This document shows positions 8,899 to 18,160 of a stretch of 64,000 nt of DNA, one piece after another. The translations under genes were made by a program, and so were the position numbers. The notes beneath the pieces are model-generated. The model ran no database searches, had not been told where the DNA came from, and saw only the letters and a list, made by a program, of their open reading frames with translations. How positions within the stretch are numbered: position 1 is the stretch's first letter; each line of letters opens with the position of its first letter. Source of the stretch: Terriglobia bacterium (lineage in GTDB: Bacteria > Acidobacteriota > Terriglobia > Versatilivoradales > Versatilivoraceae); NCBI GenBank assembly GCA_963665655.1, contig OY762429.1:181444-245443 (forward strand), written 5' to 3'.

Positions 8899-9711
8899 GT
8901 GAACGCAAACCACACCGCATTGGCTGAGCAACTGGACGAGCGAGGCTACTGCCTCATTCCGGGGGTGCTTCCCCCGGGGGAACTGGGCGACCTGCGTCGG
9001 AGCGTTGCCAGAGATGTCAGAGTGCACACCGACATGCCCATGCCCATCGGGCACGTCCCCGGGTTCTTGAGAGTGAATCAGGCCCTGGCGCCCTTCCTGG
9101 CCCACCCCCGGGTCCTGGGGCTGGCCCAATCTCTCTTGGGCTCCCACGTTCGCATTTCCATGCTGACGGGTTCGGTCAATGGCCCGGGAATCCCCCGGGG
9201 GGCATTCCACGCCGACTGGCCCTACAACCAGGGTAGCGCTGCCTGCATTCCGGCTCCCTACCCCGACCTCCTCATGCACCTGGTGACCTTCTGGATGCTG
9301 ACCGATTTCACCGAAGAAAACGGCGCTACCATTGTGGTCCCCGGCAGCCACCGCAAGCCTGACCACCCCCGGAAAGGGGGAAGCATCGATCCCGACGCTC
9401 CCCATCCGGAGGAATGTCGCCTGCTGGGATCCGCCGGCACCGTCGCCGTCTGCGATGCGCGCCTGTGGCATGCCGTGGCCACCAATCGAACCGATCGGGA
9501 CCGGGTTGCGGTCATCGTGCGCTATGCGCCCTGGTGGTTGAACCTCGACCCTCTCCGCCCGGGCACCGTCGACCGGCAGGATATCGTCGACGCTACCGGT
9601 GGAGCCAACGCCGAGGTGCCTTCCCTGACGCCATCGGTATTCGAACGCCTACCCGAAGAGGTCAAGGGGTTGCTCCGTTATTCGGTGGACGGCTCGGGCT
9701 CCTCCGGGTGA
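8899..9711 (+). CDS. Phytanoyl-CoA dioxygenase (PhyH) family 2OG-Fe(II) oxygenase
   Basis: HADWP, DFTEENGATIVVPGSH, D.RLWH...N...R motifs. Confidence 0.88.
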   Translation: MNANHTALAEQLDERGYCLIPGVLPPGELGDLRRSVARDVRVHTDMPMPIGHVPGFLRVNQALAPFLAHPRVLGLAQSLLGSHVRISMLTGSVNGPGIPRGAFHADWPYNQGSAACIPAPYPDLLMHLVTFWMLTDFTEENGATIVVPGSHRKPDHPRKGGSIDPDAPHPEECRLLGSAGTVAVCDARLWHAVATNRTDRDRVAVIVRYAPWWLNLDPLRPGTVDRQDIVDATGGANAEVPSLTPSVFERLPEEVKGLLRYSVDGSGSSG

Positions 9712-9921
9712 GGGGATACCTCCTGCGGCCCCGCGGCTTCCTGCGGCGCAGTCCCCCTGCCCCCCTCGGGAGCGATTTCACTCCCGTGAGCCGGAGGCCA
9801 TCTGGTATGATGGCCGCCGGTATCGGGGTGTGGCATCAGCCCCTGGAACGGGCTTACCATCCTGTCTGCAATCCCAACCCTGCAGAGGCTTGAGTACCCT
9901 GGCCCATAAGGACCCATTGTC

Positions 9922-11472
9922 ATGAGCGAAGCCAGGCTTTCGGATAAGGCCATCGTCATTCATCCCGGCGACAACGTGGCCGTGGCCAAGGCCACCATCG
10001 GCAAGGGCACTCTGTTGAGCTCCAACGGCACTCGTCTGCTGGTCACCCAAACGGTGCAACCGGGCCACAAGATCGCATTGAGAGGGATCGCCTCCGGTGA
10101 GACCGTCCTCCGTTACGGAGAAGTCATCGGCCTTGCAACCTGCCCCATTTCCCAGGGCGGCACCGTCCACAATCACAATATGGTCCCGGACACCAAGGGC
10201 CGGCGGAAACCGACCGGAATCGACCCCACCCCGGTCCGATTTCGACCCGCCAGCCAGGTTCCAAGCTTTCAGGGTTACCGGAGAGAATGGGGAGGCGTGG
10301 GCACCCGCAACTACGTGGTGGTGCTTTCAACCGTGATCTGCTCCAGCCATCCGAGCCAGCTCATCGCCAGACATTTCGAGCAACGGTTTCAGGACGACCC
10401 CCATTTCGACGGGGTCATACCCATTACTCACCAGGAGGGATGCGGCGGCGAGAAGGGGGAGGACATCGCCCAACTGATGCGCGTCTACAACGGGATCATG
10501 TACCACCCCAACGTTGCCGCTGTCCTGGTGGTGGGCCTGGGCTGCGAGGAAAGCAACGTGGAATGCGTGCAGGGGTGCCACTCCAGCCTTCCCCTTCAAT
10601 TGCAGACCCATACCCGGGGCCGGGTGCGCTATTTGACCATCCAGGGAGCCGGAGGCACCACCCCGACCGTGAAGCAGGGCATTCAGATCGTGGAGGAGCT
10701 GGTGGAGCGGGCCCGAAAATGCCGGCGCACCAGCGTCTCCGCCAAACATCTGCTGCTGGGTCTGCAGTGCGGGGGGTCGGATGCCTACTCGGGAATATCC
10801 GCCAACCCGGCTCTGGGAAGGGCCAGCGACCTGATCGTCAGTTGCGGCGGCACTACCGTGTTGCCGGAGACCCCGGAGATCTACGGGGCGGAACATCTGC
10901 TGATGAAGGGTGCGGCCTCCAGCCAGGCCGCCGAGGGCTTGTGGCGAATTCTGGAACGCTACAAGGCCTATGCGGCTGCCCTGGGAGGAGAGCTGGATGA
11001 GAATCCTTCACCCGGAAACATCGCGGGCGGGATATCCAACATCGTGGAGAAATCGCTGGGGGCCATTCGAAAGGCAGGGAGCACTCCGCTGCAGGGAGTC
11101 TTCAACTATGCCGAAAGAATCAATCGATCCGGCTTTGTGATCATGGATTCACCCGGGTTCGATACCCCATCGGTATCCGGGTTGGTGTCCAGCGGCGCCA
11201 ATGTCGTCTGTTTCACCACCGGGCGAGGGACTCCCACCGGCAATCCCATCGTCCCCGTCCTCAAGATAGCCACCAACAGCCGCATGTTCCAGCACCTGGA
11301 AGAGAACATGGATATCAACGCCGGCACGATCATCGATGGGACCCAATCGCTGGACGAGGTCGGCCGGCATATTTTTGAAACAATCCTGGCCGTAGCCTCC
11401 GGCAGGCACGCCAAGAACGAGATCACCGGACACCGCGAGTTCGCCCTCTGGCGTGCCGGTCCGATGTTGTGA
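9922..11472 (+). CDS. UxaA/GarD-family altronate or galactarate dehydratase with N-terminal SAF domain
   Basis: DNVAVA, GHKIAL, VGTRNY, LGLQCGGSD, NPSPGNIAGG, FTTGRG. Confidence 0.9.
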   Translation: MSEARLSDKAIVIHPGDNVAVAKATIGKGTLLSSNGTRLLVTQTVQPGHKIALRGIASGETVLRYGEVIGLATCPISQGGTVHNHNMVPDTKGRRKPTGIDPTPVRFRPASQVPSFQGYRREWGGVGTRNYVVVLSTVICSSHPSQLIARHFEQRFQDDPHFDGVIPITHQEGCGGEKGEDIAQLMRVYNGIMYHPNVAAVLVVGLGCEESNVECVQGCHSSLPLQLQTHTRGRVRYLTIQGAGGTTPTVKQGIQIVEELVERARKCRRTSVSAKHLLLGLQCGGSDAYSGISANPALGRASDLIVSCGGTTVLPETPEIYGAEHLLMKGAASSQAAEGLWRILERYKAYAAALGGELDENPSPGNIAGGISNIVEKSLGAIRKAGSTPLQGVFNYAERINRSGFVIMDSPGFDTPSVSGLVSSGANVVCFTTGRGTPTGNPIVPVLKIATNSRMFQHLEENMDINAGTIIDGTQSLDEVGRHIFETILAVASGRHAKNEITGHREFALWRAGPML

Positions 11473-11613
11473 ATGAGCCGGCAGTCACTCCCAAGCGTTT
11501 CCCGGACGAACACTTTTCTTGCGAATGCTCGGCGGCCTGGCGAGAAATGCGGGCCGGTCTCAACGGCGGCCGGCGCCCTTCCCCGACCCACCACCTCCCA
11601 TCGGTCGCCCCCT

Positions 11614-12456
11614 TCAGTTGCGAAGACCGATTTGGGTTGCAGCCACCTTCAGGTTCTGCTTGACCTCCTGGACGTCTGACGCCTGGGGCTTCATGGCCAG
11701 GTAGCGATTCCAGTCCCGTATTGCCGCGGAAAAATGTTGGAGCCGAAAAGAGACGGAGCCGCGGTCCCGGATCTCTGCGGCTGCATCCGGAAAGATGAGC
11801 AGTATCTTTTCGATCACGTTGAGGGCTCTTCCGAAATCCCGCTGGACCAGGTAGATCATCTTCAAGTTGGCCAGGAGACGCCCCAGAATCTGACGCTTGC
11901 TGACGCAATCCAGAAAGGAGCGATGAAAGGAAAACTTCTCTCCATGCAGTCGTTTCAGGCGCTGGCGGCACTCCGCTTCGGTGACCGTCTTCCCCCCGAA
12001 AAAGGGGTCGATCAGCCACTCGCCGCTTGCCGCGACGCACTTCACCAGAAAATGGCCCGGCAAGCCGACGCCACGAATATCCAGTCCGAGCCGTCGCCCC
12101 ACCTCCATGTAGATGATGGACAGGGTAATGGGAATTCCCGTGCGGCGGTCGAGAACTTCATTCAGGAAACTGTTGCGGGGGTCATAGTAAACGTCGGAAT
12201 TTCCGGAAAACCCTTCCTCGCGATACAAGGTGCGGTTGATGCTGTCCAGGCTGTCGATGACATCCGGTTCCACCGAAAGCGACAACTGGGCCGCTGCTCG
12301 CTCGGCCAGCCGGTCCAGGCGCGCCAGGTAGTTTGCCGCGTCGAGCTCGGGATACTCTTCCGAGGCGATTTGCAAAGCCGCGGCTGCCAGGTCCAACGTG
12401 ACCTCCGGCTGAATCAGCAGGTTCTTCAGCCTTTCGGTTGCCGGTGTCGGTTGCAT
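11614..12456 (-). CDS. SirB1-family transglutaminase-like/TPR protein
   Basis: YYDPRNSFLNEVLDRRTGIPITLS, GVGLPGHF, C-terminal TPR. Confidence 0.9.
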   Translation of the reverse strand: MQPTPATERLKNLLIQPEVTLDLAAAALQIASEEYPELDAANYLARLDRLAERAAAQLSLSVEPDVIDSLDSINRTLYREEGFSGNSDVYYDPRNSFLNEVLDRRTGIPITLSIIYMEVGRRLGLDIRGVGLPGHFLVKCVAASGEWLIDPFFGGKTVTEAECRQRLKRLHGEKFSFHRSFLDCVSKRQILGRLLANLKMIYLVQRDFGRALNVIEKILLIFPDAAAEIRDRGSVSFRLQHFSAAIRDWNRYLAMKPQASDVQEVKQNLKVAATQIGLRN

Positions 12457-12494
12457 GGAAGCCGTCCCTGCCCGCGGGTCGAGAGTTCCGAACC

Positions 12495-13310
12495 TTACTC
12501 GAAGCTCAATTCAAATGGGTCGTGCACGCCTGCCTCGAGGCGTTTGGCTGCAGAGGCCTGATTGCAGGATATCTCCAATAGACCAAGACTGCCCCAGATG
12601 ACGAACGGCTCGGGGCCCTCGGCCTCGCGGTAGGACCGACAGAGGCGGTGGACCTGGTGTCCGCCGATGTTCAGCACGAATTTTTCGGCCTGCAACCGCT
12701 CCCGGTATTTCTCGGCCCGGAGATTGGTGATCAGGTTTCCGAATTTGTCGACGCGCAGAACCGTTCCCGCCAAACCATCCCGTCCCGATCTCCGCACCTC
12801 CGGCAGGCGAAGGGCAACCCTGTTCTGGACCAGACTGCCGAATCGCTCGGGTTCAACCCCTCGGCTGAGCCAAGCCGCTACCGGAGCGAAGACATCCCGT
12901 CCGTGAAAGGTGTCGCTGACCGGGTGGCGAAAGAACCGCGGGGCCGTCAACTCCAGGCAGGCCATCCGCGGGGAGCCGGCATAGATCTCGCTCAGCACAC
13001 CGTTGTCGGGAGCCACAAAATAGGCATGCTCGGTAGCGACCAGCAGCGGGCGCCTGCCGCTGCCGACTCCCGGGTCCACCACCACCACGTGTATGGCGCC
13101 CTTGGGGAAATAAGCGTAGCTGGACCCGATCACCAAGGCGGCTTCCGTGACATCATGGGAACGGATGCCGTGGGTCAGGTCGACAATCCTGACATCTGGA
13201 GCAATCGAGAGAATGACTGCTTTCATCATGCCGACGTAGGGGTCCCCCACCCCGAAGTCGGTAGTCAGAGTGATGACGGGTTTGGTCCCGATTATGGGTC
13301 GCCACTCCAT
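12495..13310 (-). CDS. SAM hydroxide adenosyltransferase / chlorinase-fluorinase family (DUF62)
   Basis: ITLTTDFG, VVDPGVG, APDNG, TFHGRDVFAP, VDKFGNLITN. Confidence 0.92.
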   Translation of the reverse strand: MEWRPIIGTKPVITLTTDFGVGDPYVGMMKAVILSIAPDVRIVDLTHGIRSHDVTEAALVIGSSYAYFPKGAIHVVVVDPGVGSGRRPLLVATEHAYFVAPDNGVLSEIYAGSPRMACLELTAPRFFRHPVSDTFHGRDVFAPVAAWLSRGVEPERFGSLVQNRVALRLPEVRRSGRDGLAGTVLRVDKFGNLITNLRAEKYRERLQAEKFVLNIGGHQVHRLCRSYREAEGPEPFVIWGSLGLLEISCNQASAAKRLEAGVHDPFELSFE

Positions 13311-13440
13311 GGTCGTGATTCAATCCGGCAGGTCGGCGCCCTTGCCGCCCGTCGTCGATGGAGACCGGCAGCACGCCGCTCTTTTAGCTGGCGAGGCGCT
13401 ACTCGTCCTGGGGGTGGGTGGTGGCGATCCCGGAACCTGA

Positions 13441-14292
13441 TTACGGGTCGGACGTCAATGTCGTGAGGTTGACTGGATTGACACGTGCACCGTTGATCCG
13501 ACAGCCCCAGTGCAGGTGGGGGCCGGTCACCCGACCGGTGGCGCCGACCTCCCCGATGATTTGGCCCTGCGCCACCTGGTCTCCCGGCCTGGCCCGTATC
13601 TTCGAGCAGTGGGCGTAGACGGTATAGAGTCCCAGCCCGTGATCCAGAATGATGGTCTTGCCGGCAAAAAACAGATCCTTCGCCATCACCACCCTGCCCG
13701 CATTGGCAGCCCGGATGGGAGTTCCGGTGGTGGCTCTCAGGTCGACTCCCGAGTGCGGGCTGCGAGGTTCTCCGTTGACGATTCTGCGTCTGCCGAAACC
13801 ACTGGCCCGCTTGCTCGACACCGGCCTGATAAACGGCTCCGCCCACATCCTTCGAGCCGTCGCCGACTGCCAGATTTCGGTCAACTGCCGATGCTCTCGG
13901 GCAGCCCTCTCCGAGTCTTTCCGGTTGAGGGTGACGTACTTCTGCTGGACTCGTATCCGCTGGGTCGGAAATTTCTTGGGCAGCACCCTGAGACTCTTTC
14001 GGATCGGCTTGGATCGACCGTCCGTCATCCATACCGTTCCGGCCAACGAATGGAGGCCCGGCTTGCTCTCCAGATCAACCCCGGCAAGAGCCTCCCAGCG
14101 TTTCCCGTCCCCAAGGGGGTAGAACAGCACCTGTTGTTCGATAAAGGAGCACTCGACCCGGCTGATGGGACTCTGGGCGTGCAATCGAACCTGCAGAAGG
14201 TCTCCCGGCACCAACGCCTTGGAGGGAATTTCCACCAAGACCGGCCCATCGGCCGATTGCCCCAACGGAATCCACCCCAGCAGGAGCACCAC
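13441..14292 (-). CDS. M23-family metallopeptidase
   Basis: HSGVD, ILDHG, YAH, GATGRVTGPHLHW; true start probably slightly upstream. Confidence 0.9.
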   Translation of the reverse strand: MVLLLGWIPLGQSADGPVLVEIPSKALVPGDLLQVRLHAQSPISRVECSFIEQQVLFYPLGDGKRWEALAGVDLESKPGLHSLAGTVWMTDGRSKPIRKSLRVLPKKFPTQRIRVQQKYVTLNRKDSERAAREHRQLTEIWQSATARRMWAEPFIRPVSSKRASGFGRRRIVNGEPRSPHSGVDLRATTGTPIRAANAGRVVMAKDLFFAGKTIILDHGLGLYTVYAHCSKIRARPGDQVAQGQIIGEVGATGRVTGPHLHWGCRINGARVNPVNLTTLTSDP

Positions 14293-14349
14293 TCCGGCCG
14301 TGATGGGTCGCCACTTGTTCAGGACTCTATCTCCTCCGCTCGGCGCGGC

Positions 14350-14574
14350 TCAATTCATCTGCCGGCACATGCCCGGCCGTTCGGCGCCGCAAGTGGTGCA
14401 GCCGGGCGGCGCTTCCGAGCTCAGGGAGTTGCTGGCTCCAACCGCGAAGGCGGAGTAGCGTTTCTCCACCCGGGTACTCCCGCAGGAATCGCAGGTGACG
14501 GCACTGGACGTCCGGTAGACGATTGTTTCGAATTGACGACCGCAATCTCGACACTCGTATTCATAAATGGGCAC
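14350..14574 (-). CDS. FmdB-family zinc-ribbon protein
   Basis: (M)PIYEYECRDCG...FE...CDSCGS; GTG start at 14574. Confidence 0.88.
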   Translation of the reverse strand: MPIYEYECRDCGRQFETIVYRTSSAVTCDSCGSTRVEKRYSAFAVGASNSLSSEAPPGCTTCGAERPGMCRQMN

Positions 14575-14924
14575 GGTTGCCGTCCTCACTCGCTACGGAA
14601 GAAAATATGGCGCAGAATGCATCCGCCAAACTTGCCTCTGGCAGCCTCCTCCAAATCCATTAAACATGATTATTATCAATAGTTTAGTGCTTTCACCCCT
14701 CCAGAAGCGCCTGCCCTAATCCAATCCTGATGGGACACTGTAATGCTATCACAACCGAGGACATCCTGCGGCTCCTCCACCGATCCGGACCACCAGGACC
14801 GAAACGGCCAGGCGCGTGCAGGGACGTATCGAGAACTTTATGGATTTCAAAGACACGATCTGGTTTCAGCGGGCTGGCGAATTTCTGAATATTACCCGGG
14901 CAATACGCCGAATACACACCAACT

Positions 14925-15033
14925 CTAGGTGCTGTCTCAGAAGTTCACTTACAGTGTTTTGGCTAGAAATTCAAATGAATTCAATGAGTTAACGTCTTGA
15001 TCAATACGCCGAATTAATGGGACAGGACACTAG
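14925..15033. mobile_element. IS630-type MITE (~105 bp) bounded by CTAG
   Basis: ctag-gtgctgtctcag...aatgggacaggaca-ctag imperfect inverted ends; near-identical partial copy at 239-324. Confidence 0.75.
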
Positions 15034-15423
15034 CTGATAACACACGATAAATTCATGAAAGGTGTAGTAATATCAAGACCTTTTTGAACGCACTGGCTGA
15101 CTGTTGAACCCAATGGGAAAGTTCAGGCGAAACGTGACGTCTGGCATTCACAGGAGGCTAAAGATCGAGCGTGGAATCGAAACGTTGCCTGTTGAGGTGG
15201 CGGGTGTTGGTCCGCTGCAAGGGGCTTCCTCCGCCACCCTTACCCTGACCGCCTGATGGACCCGACCCGGGACTCCTCAGCCGGCTGGCGGGCTTGATAG
15301 CGGATCAAGCGCGGGAGGGTTGTCAAGACTTTTCACTATTCCGGAGGTCACCTTGGACTTTGATACTCTCCTCTCCATCGGCAGAATGGCTGAAACCGCC
15401 GTTGCTGTAATCTTCCCCGTAAT

Positions 15424-16755
15424 CACTACTGTCCCAACGTTTTACTGTGACACGTTCATAACTGATTGATATGAAAGGAGCAACACGCATCCAAGGGGTG
15501 TCGGAGACTTGAACCAGAGAGGAGAATCCAGCATGGTAGCCGCGTATCGCCTGAGGTCAAACAGGAGGGCACATGTACGCTGGCAAGCTGGTTTTCTCGC
15601 AGGTGATGGATCATCTCCCCTGGCACACCTTCCAACGGTGTGTGCGACGTTACGATGGCAACCGCAAGGTGAAGTCCTTTCAGTGTTCCGATCACTACCG
15701 CTGTATGGCCTTTGCCCAACTCACCTACCGCGAGAGCCTCAGGGACATCGAGACCTGCCTGCGTGCGCAAGCGTCAAAGCTCTACCATATGGGAATCACC
15801 AGTCGCGTCTCACGCAACACCTTGGCCAACGCCAACCACACCCGGGACTGGCGCCTCTACGCCGATTTTGCCCAGCGTCTCATCCATACGGCACGGAGCC
15901 TTCATGTTGATCCAGACCCTGGTCTGGATGTTGCCCACACCGTCTACGCGCTGGATTCCTCCACCATTGATCTCTGCCTGACGCTCTTCCCCTGGGCTCA
16001 TTTCCGCAAAACCAAGTCGGCCATCAAGCTGCATACGCTGCTGGATCTCCGCGCCCACATTCCGGCATTCATCCATATCTCCGACGGCAAGCTCCATGAC
16101 GTCAACGTCTTGGACCTTCTCCTGCCCGAAGCCGGAGCCTTCTACGTCATGGATCGCGGCTATCTCGACTTTGCCCGCCTCTACCGACTGCATCAAGCCC
16201 GCTGCTTCTTCCTCCTGCGGGCCAAGTCCAACACCCGATTCCGTCGCCTCTATTCCCATCGGGTCGATCGCTCCTCCGGGTTGATCTGCGATCAGACCAT
16301 CCTGCTCACCGGGGTTCACACTTCCTCCCACTATCCCGAGAAGCTTCGGCGCATCAAGTACCATGATGCTGAACAGGATAGAACCCTGGTGTTTCTCACC
16401 AATCAACTCACCCTTCCCCCACTCACCCTTGCCCAACTCTATCGCAGCCGCTGGCGCATCGAACTCTTCTTCCGATGGATCAAACAGCACCTGCGCATCA
16501 AGGCCTTCTACGGGACCTCGGAGAATGCCGTCAAATCACAGATCTGGATCGCTGTCTCCGTCTATGTGTTGATTGCCATCATCAAAAAGCGGCTGCAACT
16601 GGAGCCCAATCTCTACACAATTCTACAGATCCTGAGCTTAACCGTGTTCGAGAAAACCCCATTAGATCAACTACTTAGAAAAAAGCCCTACATTCTTCAC
16701 AGACAAGAACCAGCTAAACAGTTGATCTTATTCGACTAATGTTGGGACACTAGTG
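15424..16755 (+). mobile_element. IS4-family insertion sequence
   Basis: 15-bp IRs cactactgtcccaac / gttgggacactagtg (1 mismatch); 9-bp target duplication ccccgtaat at 15415 and 16756. Confidence 0.93.
15573..16739 (+). CDS. IS4-family transposase (DUF4372 + DDE)
   Basis: MYAGKLVFSQVM, FAQLTYRESLRDIE, DSSTIDL, MDRGY, YRSRWRIELFFRWIKQHL. Confidence 0.95.
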   Translation: MYAGKLVFSQVMDHLPWHTFQRCVRRYDGNRKVKSFQCSDHYRCMAFAQLTYRESLRDIETCLRAQASKLYHMGITSRVSRNTLANANHTRDWRLYADFAQRLIHTARSLHVDPDPGLDVAHTVYALDSSTIDLCLTLFPWAHFRKTKSAIKLHTLLDLRAHIPAFIHISDGKLHDVNVLDLLLPEAGAFYVMDRGYLDFARLYRLHQARCFFLLRAKSNTRFRRLYSHRVDRSSGLICDQTILLTGVHTSSHYPEKLRRIKYHDAEQDRTLVFLTNQLTLPPLTLAQLYRSRWRIELFFRWIKQHLRIKAFYGTSENAVKSQIWIAVSVYVLIAIIKKRLQLEPNLYTILQILSLTVFEKTPLDQLLRKKPYILHRQEPAKQLILFD

Positions 16756-16864
16756 CCCCGTAATGATTTTTTTTCTGGGGTGGGCCATCTACCGTAAACT
16801 CACCGACGCGGTAGTGCTGCTGCAATTCATCCGCGACCAAATCCACAAGGGGGAGAACACCCGA

Positions 16865-17168
16865 TGATCATGACGGCTCACTCCCGCGAGTTCAATGAAC
16901 TCTCCCGCCGCATCCACAGGATCGCCAGATCGCAGGAGCAGATCTTCCGCCTCCATGCAGAATACATCCGTGATTTTAAGAAATCCTGCCCACCAAGGCC
17001 AGGGTAACCCCCCAAACAGAGCCAAGAAGGCCTGGACTGCGGAGGAGAAGGCGGAGGTTAAAGCGGCCTACCAGAAAGGGGTTCCCCTCGGCGAAATCGC
17101 CGCCCGGCAGCAGCGCACGCAGAACGCAATCAGGTCAGCCCTGGTAAGGTTCGGGCTGGAGGGCAGTT
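16865..17168 (+). pseudogene. Fragmented small protein with a Myb/HTH-like motif
   Basis: WTAEEKAEVKAAYQKGVPLGEIAARQQRTQNAIRSAL; apparently frameshifted and abutting the integrase fragment. Confidence 0.4.
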
Positions 17169-17837
17169 GTGAGATCGACATTCCCCCTCAACCCGGCCCG
17201 CTGGCGGGGGCATCTGGACAAGCTGCTTCCCAGACCCTCGCGGGTGAAGGAAGTCGCTCACCACCCTGCCATGCCGTATGCCGAGGTGCCCGCGTTCTTT
17301 GATGAGATATCCCGAAACGAGAGTGTGTCGGCCCTGGCACTGCAGTTTCTGATCCTGACCGCCACCCGCACTCTGGAGGTCCTCCATGCCGAATGGAGGG
17401 AAATCGAACTGCCTGCCGGCGTATGGACTGTTCCGGCCTCGCGGATGAAGACCCGCAGAGAACACCGGGTTCCCCTCTCGGATTCCGCAATGGCGGTGCT
17501 GGAAGCCCTGCGCCGCATCGACGGCTGTCCCTTTGTGTTCCCGGGATCACGAAACGGAAAGCCACTTTCGAACAGGGCCTTGCTGCAACTGATGCGCGGC
17601 ATGGGGTACGGCGTCAACAGTTCCCGTGGAGACTACGTGCCCCATGGGTTCCGCTCGTCGTTCCGGGACTGGTCTGGAGAGGTCTCAAGCTTCCCCCGGG
17701 AGGTCGCGGAAATGGCCCTGGCACACGCCATCGAAAACAAGGTGGAAGCGGCCTACCGTCGTGGTGATCTGTTCGCCAAGCGCCGCAAGATGATGCAGGA
17801 ATGGGCGGATTATCTTGAAAACTTAACCGGCAAGTGA
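17169..17837 (+). pseudogene. P4/IntA-type tyrosine integrase, C-terminal catalytic half only
   Basis: NPARWRGHL, ILTATR, HRVPLS, HGFRSSFRDW, EMALAH, AAYRRGDL..RRKMMQEWADYL; no N-terminal arm-binding domain. Confidence 0.85.
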
Positions 17838-17849
17838 TCTTCGTTAGGG

Positions 17850-17904
17850 CTCGCTTACCAGAATCCTCACTTCAGAAGTGGACCGGTTTTCGGGGGATAG
17901 GTCA
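17850..17904 (-). mobile_element. Possible IS3-family terminal remnant
   Basis: Minus strand begins tgacctatcccccgaaaaccggtccac, reminiscent of IS3-family ends; no transposase follows. Confidence 0.3.
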
Positions 17905-18160
17905 GTTCGTGTCCCCCCATTAGGTCCAGCGCTCTGAATCGAATTTCCTTGGACCGCCGTGGCATTGAACGGAAGTAACAGAATTGCTGGAAGCCGTCTT
18001 GACCGGAGACGTCCGACATCTACATGCGTTGCCGCCTTATGCCGAATCTCGGGAGGTTGTCCGAACAAGGTCTGGTTGTCGAGGACATCACCACCTCCTC
18101 AGACCTCAGCAGTGGACGTACAAATACCTCCTTTCCATAACGGCAGCTATTTGCCATTCG

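Noticed and set aside
14600-14925. Duplicate of the tRNA-Ser 3' end marking the island's left boundary
   Set aside because: Only a few bases (tggcgcaga near 14608) resemble tggcggaga, too short to call an att site.
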